Shown: one piece after another, positions 34,758 through 44,132 of the stretch
Layout: each line of letters opens with the position of its first letter
Position numbering within the stretch: position 1 is the stretch's first letter
Translations under genes and position numbers: made by a program
Source: an uncultured Rhodobacteraceae bacterium
Lineage (GTDB): Bacteria > Pseudomonadota > Alphaproteobacteria > Rhodobacterales > Rhodobacteraceae
Length of the DNA: 64,000 nucleotides
Direction: 5' to 3'
Assembly: GCA_951812305.1 (NCBI GenBank)
Contig: CATOSB010000012.1
Location: forward strand, 145,591-209,590
Notes under the pieces: model-generated
Told to the model about the DNA's origin: nothing
The model's database searches: none
The model's input: only the letters and a program-made list of their open reading frames with translations

Positions 34758-35719
34758 GTTGGATGGCAGAAATATCGTGATTTCCCATCACGTCCAACGT
34801 TTCGTACGCGATGCACCCGCAATGGCCTTCGGTGACGCAAGGCGCGGAAATAGGCCGGAATGCGGGGACCAAGATCGAAAGCATTGGGATGATCGAGAGA
34901 GTTTATCCGACGAAGCATATGCGCAGCCAACAGCGCAAAGCCTGACCGCTTGCCGTTATAAGTATCGACCATGCAAATCTGCGACCCCATCGCCAGTGCA
35001 TAAATGTCAGTTAGCATCGCGATGTTTGATGCCCACACGTCACGATTTTCATTGTAGTGCAGCGGGGTTCCATCTGTGTTGCTCAACTCCGACGTCGTGC
35101 GGAAATCGCATTCTTCGCTGTATGTTTCACGAAAATAGTTAACCGCGCGACTGTCATCCGAGCAGACAAGCACTTTTCGTCCGCGGATTTTGTTATCAAT
35201 CGCGGCAAAGGCGGTTTCGTAATCCGTCGCCCAATCGGTATTGCGAATATGAACCGACAGGTAATCCTGCCCCAGGGGTTCGATCGCTTTTCGCAAATGC
35301 GCTTTTATTTCGTCGCGCAATGTGAGGCGCTCCAAAAAGAAAATTCCGAGATCGCCGCCACCAGAGGTCGGATGCACCAATACGCGATCCGGATGCGCGG
35401 TTTTCAGATCAAAACCCTGCTCCTCTCGCCAGCTTCGCTCAAACAACAGGCTTCCATCTTCGTCAGCTCCGTTAACCTGGCCGTCTTTGCTTGAGATATT
35501 CCAACCGGTCTCGGCCAATGGAACGACGCGTACGCCTTTCGCGTCCGTCAATGTATAGTAGCGCAGCAAATCATCCAGCATTCCCGACCGCCGCGTGTCC
35601 AGAACCATGACCCTGTCGAAGGCCTTACAGTACCTCCAGACTCGCTCCAACTGGCACAACATGTCGTTGAACCCACCAAGTGGACGCGCCAGCACGAAAT
35701 TGTCGTTGGGATTCTGCAT
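34748..35719 (-). CDS. GT-B glycosyltransferase, NodZ/O-fucosyltransferase-like
   Basis: GGFNDML, SVHIRNTD, VCSDD, LTDIYALA and SGFA motifs; GGAGG RBS before ATG 35719. Confidence 0.65.
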   Translation of the reverse strand: MQNPNDNFVLARPLGGFNDMLCQLERVWRYCKAFDRVMVLDTRRSGMLDDLLRYYTLTDAKGVRVVPLAETGWNISSKDGQVNGADEDGSLLFERSWREEQGFDLKTAHPDRVLVHPTSGGGDLGIFFLERLTLRDEIKAHLRKAIEPLGQDYLSVHIRNTDWATDYETAFAAIDNKIRGRKVLVCSDDSRAVNYFRETYSEECDFRTTSELSNTDGTPLHYNENRDVWASNIAMLTDIYALAMGSQICMVDTYNGKRSGFALLAAHMLRRINSLDHPNAFDLGPRIPAYFRALRHRRPLRVHRVRNVGRDGKSRYFCHPTYE

Positions 35720-35833
35720 TTCAACCCCTCCCATAATGACCGCAACTATCCGCTCTTGGGTCGACGGGCCAGCACTTAGCGCATCACAAGACTTGCAATG
35801 CGACACGCGTTTCTCTATCCCAAGACCTCGGTT

Positions 35834-35910
35834 CGGAGTGTAGCTCAGCCTGGTAGAGCACTGTCTTCGGGAGGCAGGGGTCGTGAGTTCGAATCTCGCC
35901 ACTCCGACCA
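35834..35910 (+). tRNA. tRNA-Pro (anticodon CGG)
   Basis: CGGAGTG/CACTCCG acceptor stem, D-loop TGG, CTGTC-TTCGGGA-GGCAG anticodon arm, GTTCGAATC, 3' CCA. Confidence 0.97.
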
Positions 35911-36010
35911 ATAAAACAAGGTCCTTCACGCCTCCCCAGAAAAACAGTCGCAACGATATCCGCAACGTTTCAGAGCAAAATTGTTCATCAGACGTTCTAA
36001 GATAACCGAT

Positions 36011-36507
36011 TTATCTCGACGCGACATTCGCCACCAACTGAAAATCCAGAACCCAGCGAGTGAACAGTGGAATACCGCCACTCACAGTTTCCGACGGCAG
36101 CATGGCCAACGAGCTTGGTGACAGGCCACGCCTGTGGTTCTCACGACGGAGCCGATTTGCCGTTTCCTGGGTCCTGTGGACTATGAATTTGCGGTAGATA
36201 CGAACCTGCTCTTCCGGTGAGTTCGTGCTGCCAATTGCGGCTGTCACAGTTGAGTGGTTGGCTATGCCGATGCGTTGGGACCAGTGAGTGGAGGTTGCAG
36301 TAACATGCCAATCGATATCGCGATTCCGGCTCGGTCTGTTTGCAACCAGCCAAGTGCGAACATCGCCAACTCCTCTGAATCCCATTGTGGCGGGCAACGG
36401 TGTTCCAGAAGATGTTGCAGCCTGCCCAGATGCAGATAGAACTATCAATTCTCGGACGAATTGTGACCAAAAATCCTGCAAACGAACAACCAGCATCTCC
36501 TTTGCAG
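36011..36507 (-). pseudogene. Island cargo ORF, possibly HEPN-like, probably 5'-truncated by IS3
   Basis: 161-aa frame abutting the IS3 end; Rx4H-like RKFIVH; lower GC. Confidence 0.4.
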
Positions 36508-37737
36508 TGAGGTGCCCCTAGATTTGTAGACGTTTTGCCCCCTAACTTTGAGGCAAGGAGGCCGACATGGGGACAGGCAATTACAGCGACGATTTCAAGC
36601 GCGATGCAGTGCATCAGATCACGGTGCGGGGGTATCCGGTTCTGGAGGTTTCCCGGCGACTGGGCGTGAGTACACATTCTCTGTACAAGTGGATGAAGCT
36701 ATTCGCTGAACCGGCTTCGAAGTCGAGCGGCGTTGATCACGAGGCAGAGCACCGTCGATTGAAGCGGGAGCTGGCACGGGTCACCGAGGAGCGCGACATC
36801 CTGAAAAAGGCAACGGCGTACTTCGCGCGCGAGTCCCAATGAAGTACGCATTCATTCGGGCGCATCGCGACGAGTTCGGAGTCCGGGCCATGTGCCGGAT
36901 GCTGCGGGTGCATTTCAGCGGCTTCTATGCCTGGCTTAAGGAACCGTTAAGCCGGCCGCGCGCAGGAAGATGCACGGCAAACCGAGCTGATCCGGCAGGC
37001 CTGGGCCGACAGCGGCAAGGTCTATGGCTACCGGAAGCTGACCGACGATCTGCGCGATCAAGGCGAGCGGATTTCGGAGAACCGGGTAGCACGGCTGGCA
37101 TCATTGGCCGGGATCGTCGCACAGGTTGGCTACAAGCGCCGTCCCGGTCGTTATGGTGGCAAGCCAGCCATCGTGGCCGAGAACAGGCTGGAACAGCAGT
37201 TCAGGGTTGCCGCACCTCAATCAGGTCTGGGTGACGGACATCACCTACATCAAGACCCATGAACGCTGGCTGTATCTGTGTGTCATCCTCGATCTGTTCT
37301 CCCGCCGTGTCGTCGGCTGGTCGGCCCAGTCCCGCATGACAACCGACTTAGCCCTGCAAGCGCTGCTAATGGCCGTCTGGCGGCGCAAGCCCGTTAGAAG
37401 GGTCACAATGCATTCCGACCAGGGCTCTCAGTTTACCAGCCGCGAGTGGCAATCGTTTCTTCGCCAGCACAACCTGGAAGCCAGCATGAGCCGACGCGGA
37501 AACTGCCACGACAACGCTGTGGCAGAAAGCTTCTTTCAGCTACTGAAACGGGAGCGGATCAGGCGACGAACCTATCCGACGCGCGAGGCCGCCAGGCAGG
37601 ACGTCTTCGACTACATCGAGATGTTCTACAACCCGAAACGCAAGCACACGAACAACGGCATGCTGTCGCCCGTTGACTTCGAAGACAGACAGCTCAAACT
37701 GAAAATGGAAGGTGTCGAGGAAACTAGGGGCAACTCA
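36508..37737 (+). mobile_element. IS3-family element, degenerate
   Basis: TG..CA ends TGAGGTGCCCCTAG/CTAGGGGCAACTCA; orfA 36567-36842; orfB (WVTDITY, HSDQGSQF, DNAVAESFF) broken by frameshifts near 36950 and 37205; no TSD. Confidence 0.9.
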
Positions 37738-38182
37738 TATCGAGCACCTGCCGACGAGAGACCTCTGCGATGGGACGACTCTGCCACTCGGATAGATAAA
37801 GGCGGATCGTTCGCGAGTATCCGTCAACCGAATTCGCGGCCAGTTCAGTCCGCGCCTTGAAAAATCGCTCGAACGCGTCGGCGACAGTGAGGCACGCTAG
37901 CACTTGCTCGCGCCGTTCGTCGTTTGGATTGTGGCCGTCGTACACGTCAGCAAGAACGGCGAGGGCCTTCTTGCGTGCGACATCGGGCGCCATGACATCG
38001 GCCCGTCCGATGGTGGTTCGTACCGTCCTGTGTCGCACCTGGGCCTCAACGAAGTAGGATTTCGACCGCGAGCCGACGCGAAGGCCCAGTCCGCGTACCA
38101 TCGTGTCGCGGTAAAGCCGCTGGCCCCGAGTCTCCAGCGGGATCTCTTCAATGTTGCGCTTCGTGAGTCTGATCTCTGGCAT
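37738..38182 (-). pseudogene. Tyrosine integrase, N-terminal arm-binding part only
   Basis: RLTKRNIE..LYRDT.VRGLGLRVG..SKSYF..TIGR pattern; catalytic domain removed at IS3. Confidence 0.82.
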
Positions 38183-38263
38183 GAGTCTCTCCTCTCAATC
38201 CACTACCCCTCGATAGCGTGACTGTTGGAGAAAGCTATAGAATTCAGATAGTTGAGAAGATGT

Positions 38264-38297
38264 GTCCAAAGACGTCCAAGACTGTCCAGCACCGTCC
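38264..38297. repeat. Four GTCC motifs at exact 10-bp period upstream of the integrase
   Basis: GTCC at 38264, 38274, 38284, 38294. Confidence 0.65.
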
Positions 38298-38618
38298 GAG
38301 CGGCCAGAGGTCGGCTTCGCTCCTATTTACCGACGTTAGTTCACCGCGCGGCTAAGGTCGGGTGAGAGCCCAACCCGTGAATTCGATTCTCTTGCCGCGC
38401 GCGCGCAGCAAGGAAAATGCTGCGCCGCAATAAAAATCTCATCTGCAATGCGGCAGAGATTGCAGCCGTTCATGCAGCGTGCAGAATATCCGAAACCGAG
38501 AACAGCAAAGTCGCCGACAAAACCAAAAACGCTAATACACGTTTGGACCCATAAAGCTCTTCCGTAAGTGTCAAACCGACCCGGTATTCTGGTCGCAATA
38601 CGTCTTACATTTTTGGCG

Positions 38619-39074
38619 CTAGCCCGCGCTGTATTTGGCACCAACGTCATCGATCGCCTGCACGTTTCCGGCAGAACGCCCATTCGGGTCGAAGCTGTTT
38701 TCGAGGTAAGCATCGACGATTGTTTTCGCCAGTTCGCCCGCTATCGTGCGTGCGCCCAGCGTGACGATCTGGGCGTTGTTCGATGTCGCTGCCTTGGCGG
38801 CGGAATAGGCGTCGCTGATCAGTGCAGCACGGATGCCCGGTACCTTGTTTGCGGCGATGCAGACGCCGATCCCAGTGCCGCAGCACAGGATCGCGCGGTC
38901 ATAGGTTCCGTTCATCACCTCGGTCGCGACCCGGTCTGAGAGGTTTGCGTAAAACGGGTCCGGGCCGGCGTCGGTGTGTGAGATCTCGGACACGTCAAAG
39001 CGGTCACTCAGATATTCTGCCAACTCCTTGGCCAGCACTTCGCCGGCGCTGTCGCCTGCAACTGCGATTTTCAT
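38619..39074 (-). CDS. derI: RpiB-family D-erythrulose-4-phosphate isomerase
   Basis: [40 protein letters not shown]; adjacent to TIM-family lerI. Confidence 0.78.
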   Translation of the reverse strand: MKIAVAGDSAGEVLAKELAEYLSDRFDVSEISHTDAGPDPFYANLSDRVATEVMNGTYDRAILCCGTGIGVCIAANKVPGIRAALISDAYSAAKAATSNNAQIVTLGARTIAGELAKTIVDAYLENSFDPNGRSAGNVQAIDDVGAKYSAG

Positions 39075-39085
39075 GGGTCTCTCCA

Positions 39086-39625
39086 TTATTTTTCTGCACC
39101 GCACCGCGCGAGTATGTCCAAATAGCCTTCGACGTTCCAGGCCGAGCGTCCGATGAACAATCCATCGATGTTCGGGCAAGCGACCAGCTCTTGGCAGTTG
39201 CCCGGGTTGACCGACCCGCCATAGAGGCAGGGAATGCGTCTTGCCATGACATCTTGTGCGACGTCGATGATCTCTCCCTGCCGCGCGTCGGCATAGTCGG
39301 ACGTCGCCGGAATGCCGCCGTCGCCGATGGCCCAGACGGGTTCATAGGCCAGAAGGACCGGCGCGGCCTTTTCCTTGCCCTTGAGCGAACCCAGGGCAGC
39401 TCGCACCTGGGTCTCCAGAACGTCCCGTGCCTTGCCTGCTTTGCGTTCGGCCAACGTTTCGCCGATGCAGATCAGGGGGATCAGCCCATGCCGCACGGCG
39501 GCGGCTGTTTTCAATCCGACGGCCTCATTGGTTTCGCCGAAATGCGCGCGTCGTTCAGAATGGCCAAGTTCCACGATCTCGGCGCCGCAATCCTTCACCA
39601 TCAGCGGCGAGATCTCGCCGGTGCA
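39086..39625 (-). pseudogene. lerI: TIM-family L-erythrulose-1-phosphate isomerase lacking its N-terminal part
   Basis: [41 protein letters not shown]; in-frame stop just upstream of TGEIS. Confidence 0.8.
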
Positions 39626-41623
39626 CTTGCCTCAGCGCGCGCTGACGGCGAGACATTCGCGTTGGCAAACTGCATTCGCGCGCTTTCCATTGACGCAGTA
39701 GAGGCGGCCAACTCCGGCCATCCGGGCGCGCCGATGGGTATGGCGGATGCGGCCACGGTTCTTTATCGCGACTTTCTGAAGTTTGACGCAACCGATCCAG
39801 ACTGGCCAGATCGTGACCGTGTCCTGCTGTCAAACGGGCACGCGTCGATGCTGCTTTATTCATTGCTGCACCTGACCGGTTTTGAGGACATGACGGTCGA
39901 GCAGATCCGGAACTTTCGCCAACTGGGCGCAAAGACTGCCGGGCATCCGGAATACGGCCATGCCAAGGGCATTGAAACGACAACCGGGCCGTTGGGCCAG
40001 GGGATTGCGGGCGCTGTCGGAATGGCGATTGCCGAGCAGGCGCTTGCTGCGGAATTCGGGTCTGAACTGGTCGATCATCATACCTATGTTTTCCTTGGAG
40101 ACGGCTGTTTGCAAGAAGGTATCGGGCAGGAAGCGATCTCGCTTGCGGGCCATCTGGGCCTCGGCAAGCTGATCGTTCTATACGATGACAACGACATCAC
40201 CATCGATGGTCCAACGTCAATTTCCTTTTCGGACGATGTGCCTGCCCGGCTTTCAGCCTGTGGCTGGCATACCCAATCCTGCGATGGGCATGACGCCAAG
40301 GCGCTTTCTGCCGCCATTGCCGCGGCAAAGGACGAGACCGACAAGCCCTCGATCATCGCAATGAAGACAGTGATTGGACTGGGCGCGCCAAATAAGGCGG
40401 GAACAGCGGGCGCGCACGGTGCGCCGTTGGGCGCAGACGAAGCTGCAGCAGCCAAGCAGGCACTGGATTGGACGGCTGGACCGTTCGAGATCCCCGCCGA
40501 TCTTGCCGCAAAATGGCGTGAGATTGGGGCGAAAGGGAAATCTGCACGCTTGGCTTGGCAGGATAGGCTCGAAGCTGCGGACCCGCAGGCGAAAGCCGAA
40601 TTTGTTCGTCGGATGGCAGGGGATCTTCCAGAAGGTTTCGACCGCGCGGTGTCAGATGCACGAAACAAGCTTTTTGCCGAGCCTGCCAAAGTGGCCACGC
40701 GCAAGGCCAGCCAAATCGCGCTCGACGCGACGGCGCCGTCGCTGCCTGAACTGATCGGCGGCTCGGCGGATCTGACCGGCTCTAACCTGACCCGGGTTCC
40801 GGCGGTTGATACCCAGTACACGCGCGAAAAGCCGGGGCGTTATGTCGGTTATGGCGTGCGTGAGTTTGGCATGGCCGCGTCGATGAACGGGATGTCGACC
40901 CATGGCGGGCTGATCCCCTATGGCGGCACCTTCCTCGTGTTCTCGGACTATGCCCGCAACGCCATTCGCCTTTCGGCTTTGATGGGCGTGGGCACGATTT
41001 ATGTCATGACCCATGACTCGATCGGTCTGGGCGAAGATGGACCAACCCATCAGCCTGTCGAGCATCTCGCCTCGTTGCGCGCGATCCCGAACCTTTTGAC
41101 ATTCCGGCCTGCTGACGCGGTCGAAACCCTGGAATGTTGGGAAATCGCCCTGCGCAGCCGTCAGACACCGTCGCTTCTGGCACTCAGCCGGCAGGGCGTG
41201 CCGCAGCTTCGCAGGGAAGCTGGTGACGAGAATCTTTCTGCTCGCGGTGCGTATGTCATCCGGCAATTCGGCGGGACGCGAGACGTTACGCTTTTGTCAA
41301 CTGGAACCGAGGTCAGCCCTGCGGTTGAGGCGGCTGAAGCGCTGGCGCAGGACGGTATCGGCGTTGCGGTCGTGTCGATGCCAAGCTGGGAGCTTTTCGA
41401 ACAGCAGGACGCGCGCTATCGCGCCGCGACGCTGGGCAAGGCCCCACGCATTGCGGTCGAGGCGGCGGGCAAGTTCGGCTGGACCCGTTATGTCGATAGC
41501 GAGGACGACGTGATCGGGATGACAGGTTTCGGCGCCTCCGGCCCCGCAGACAAGCTTTACGAACATTTCGGTATCACCGCCGATGCCATCATCGCGCGCG
41601 CGAAAGCGCGGCTCAACGCCTGA
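39623..41623 (+). CDS. tkt: Transketolase (native start apparently lost; TTG at 39662 possible)
   Basis: LANCIRALSIDAV..ANSGHPG, GDGCLQEG..N ThDP motif, GVREFGM, THDSIGLGEDGPTHQP. Confidence 0.88.
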   Translation, partial: ALASARADGETFALANCIRALSIDAVEAANSGHPGAPMGMADAATVLYRDFLKFDATDPDWPDRDRVLLSNGHASMLLYSLLHLTGFEDMTVEQIRNFRQLGAKTAGHPEYGHAKGIETTTGPLGQGIAGAVGMAIAEQALAAEFGSELVDHHTYVFLGDGCLQEGIGQEAISLAGHLGLGKLIVLYDDNDITIDGPTSISFSDDVPARLSACGWHTQSCDGHDAKALSAAIAAAKDETDKPSIIAMKTVIGLGAPNKAGTAGAHGAPLGADEAAAAKQALDWTAGPFEIPADLAAKWREIGAKGKSARLAWQDRLEAADPQAKAEFVRRMAGDLPEGFDRAVSDARNKLFAEPAKVATRKASQIALDATAPSLPELIGGSADLTGSNLTRVPAVDTQYTREKPGRYVGYGVREFGMAASMNGMSTHGGLIPYGGTFLVFSDYARNAIRLSALMGVGTIYVMTHDSIGLGEDGPTHQPVEHLASLRAIPNLLTFRPADAVETLECWEIALRSRQTPSLLALSRQGVPQLRREAGDENLSARGAYVIRQFGGTRDVTLLSTGTEVSPAVEAAEALAQDGIGVAVVSMPSWELFEQQDARYRAATLGKAPRIAVEAAGKFGWTRYVDSEDDVIGMTGFGASGPADKLYEHFGITADAIIARAKARLNA

Positions 41624-41635
41624 GGAACCCACAAC

Positions 41636-42604
41636 ATGCCAAGTGTATTGGACCAACTGAGAGAAATGACGGTCGTCGTGGCCGACACGGGCGAAGTCGC
41701 CGCTGTGCGTGAATACGAACCTGTTGATTGCACGACGAACCCATCGCTTGTTCTCGCGGCGTTGAAAGACCCGACTGCAGAGGCGCTGGTCACGCGCGAA
41801 ATCGAAGCTGGGCGCGGCGCAGGTTGGAATGCAGAACAGATCACAGACGTCCTGACTGTGGCCATCGGTGCCGAACTTGCAGAACTTGTTCCGGGCCGCG
41901 TATCGACGGAAGTCGATGCGTGTCTGTCATTTGATACAAATGCGTCGGTTACCCGGGCGCGAGAGATCATCGCGGAATACGACCGCCGGGGGATCTCCAA
42001 GGACCGAATTCTGATCAAACTCGCCGCCACATGGGAAGGTATTCGCGCCGCCGAAATCCTGCAGGGCGAAGGCATTGACTGTAATCTCACCCTGATCTTT
42101 TCGCTGACGCAGGCGGTAGCCTGTGCTGATGCAGGCGCATTTCTGATTTCTCCGTTCGTTGGGCGGATCACAGATTGGCACAAAAAGGCCGAAGGTCGCG
42201 ATGAATACGCGCCTGACGAGGATCCGGGTGTCAGGTCGGTTCGTGCAATTTACGACTATTACAAATCAAACGGCATCAACACCGTGGTGATGGGCGCCTC
42301 GTTCCGCAACGCAGGACAGATCAAGGCCCTCGCAGGGTGCGATAACCTGACGATCGCACCAAAGTTTTTGGACGAACTCGCACGGGACACGGCCCATTTG
42401 CAGCGCACCTTGTCACCTGACGCCGCAAGCGGTGTGGCATCATTCACAATCAGTGAGGCGGCGTTCAGATGGCAGATGTCTGCCGACCCGATGGCGACGG
42501 AAAAGCTTGCCGAGGGGATCCGTGGTTTCGATGCCGATCACAAGAAGCTGATCGCGCTGGTTCGCGACCGAATGGCTTCGGAAGCCGTCCTGCAGGCGAG
42601 TTAG
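41636..42604 (+). CDS. tal: Transaldolase
   Basis: VVADTG, DCTTNPS, ILIKLAATWEG, ISPFVGRI, MGASFRN. Confidence 0.95.
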   Translation: MPSVLDQLREMTVVVADTGEVAAVREYEPVDCTTNPSLVLAALKDPTAEALVTREIEAGRGAGWNAEQITDVLTVAIGAELAELVPGRVSTEVDACLSFDTNASVTRAREIIAEYDRRGISKDRILIKLAATWEGIRAAEILQGEGIDCNLTLIFSLTQAVACADAGAFLISPFVGRITDWHKKAEGRDEYAPDEDPGVRSVRAIYDYYKSNGINTVVMGASFRNAGQIKALAGCDNLTIAPKFLDELARDTAHLQRTLSPDAASGVASFTISEAAFRWQMSADPMATEKLAEGIRGFDADHKKLIALVRDRMASEAVLQAS

Positions 42605-42640
42605 ATCAGGACGGAGCTGTGTTGAATTGAATTGGCATAA

Positions 42641-43809
42641 TACCAACGGCGGGATGATTTGACTCGCTTTTTGGATTCCCAAATTGTTCGGTATGTGACT
42701 CACTGTTTCTGTCCAGAGAGGGAGGGAGATATGGGTGCCGCGGTTCCGGTTTTGCGCGATGATTTCACGGTGCACGAGTTGCGCGCTTTAGCCGGTCGCG
42801 CGTCGAACGGCAAAGTAGCACGTCGGCTTTTGGCGATTGCTCTGGTGCTTGAAGGGTCGTCGCGCAAGGTTGCTGCCCAGAGTTGCGGGATGGATCGCCA
42901 AACCCTTCGAGACTGGGTCCATCGATACAATGTCGAAGGTCCTGACGGGCTGTCAGATCGTGGGGGTGGCGGCGCGAAACCTCGATTGTCGCCGGAGCAG
43001 ATAGCGCAGCTTGCGGTCTGGGTGGAGGCTGGCCCTGATCCGGCCCGCGATGGTGTGGTTCGCTGGCGTCGCGCCGATCTTGCCCGGCGCATTGAGGCGG
43101 AGTTCGAGATCAAGCTCCACGAACGCACAGTAGGTAGTTATTTGGTTCAACTGGGCTTTCGCAGGCTGTCGGTCCGCCCCGAACATCCCAACGCCGACCC
43201 AGTGGCACAGACTGCATTTAAAAAAAACTTTGCCAGCATCGTAGCCGACATTTTGACTGAACGGGCGAAAGGAAAGCCACTGGAAATATGGTTCCAGGAC
43301 GAAGCACGGGTGGGCCAGCAGGGAACACTCACCCGTGTCTGGGCGAAGCGGGGAACCCGCCCACGTGCGCCCCGGGATACCCGCTACAAATGGAGCTACG
43401 TATTTGGCGCTGCCTGTCCGGCACGTGGTGCCGCAGCTGGGCTGATCCTGCCTTATGTTAACACAGAGGCGATGGGCCTGCATCTCGACGAGGTCTCAAA
43501 AACAATCGCACCCGGTTCTCATGCGCTCCTGGTCACAGATGGCGCGGGGTGGCACGGAGCCAAGGGGCTCTTGGTGCCAGACAACATAACGCTCCTGAAG
43601 CTGCCCCCCTATGCGCCCGAACTCAACCCGATGGAAAATGTCTGGGCCTATCTGCGCTCCAACAAGCTGGCCATCACCGTGTTCGATACCTACGAGCAGA
43701 TCCTCGACAAATGCGCAGACGCCTGGAACTTCTTCGAAAATGACCCGCAGCGCATAACCTCAATAACGACCAGAGAATGGGCAACGGTCAATTGATCAAG
43801 CCGTTGGTA
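42641..43809 (+). mobile_element. IS630-family element type A, copy 2 (intact)
   Basis: 1169 bp; TAA duplicated; transposase 42731-43795 in one frame. Confidence 0.94.
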
Positions 43810-43873
43810 TAATTCGGGCCAATCTGGCCGTCCAGACATGCCACCAAGCCGGGTGAACGCGCTGAAAGCGCCC

Positions 43874-44054
43874 CGGCCATCGCCTGCCCGCCGCGGTGGG
43901 CTGGCGATTTGGTGAGGCTGGGCGCTATCCTTAGATTTCGTACGGACCTGGCTGGGATAAATCGCTGCCCTTGCAAGGTTGCATCGCCAGCCCGCGGGCA
44001 GGCGGTGGCCGCCAATGAGGTTTGAAATGAAGTCCCGGATCAAGCCCGGGACGG
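43874..44054. repeat. Long imperfect inverted repeat plus REP/RPE-like palindrome
   Basis: CGGCCATCGCCTGCCCGC..GGGCTGGCGAT pairs with ATCGCCAGCCC-GCGGGCAGGCGGTGGCCG; followed by GTCCCGGATCAAGCCCGGGAC. Confidence 0.65.
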
Positions 44055-44132
44055 GGTCACTCAAAGCCCGCCCAGGCCCATATCCGGAACTCTTTCAACC
44101 CAGGATCATCATGCTCTGGCCATCCAACTCGC

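Noticed and set aside
35720-35965. N-terminal extension of the 405-aa ORF
   Set aside because: Overlaps tRNA-Pro antisense; a better start with RBS is at 35719
38822-41623. 933-aa ORF as a novel transketolase fusion
   Set aside because: The first ~265 codons are the antisense of derI and lerI; the open frame results from the deletion junction at about 39623
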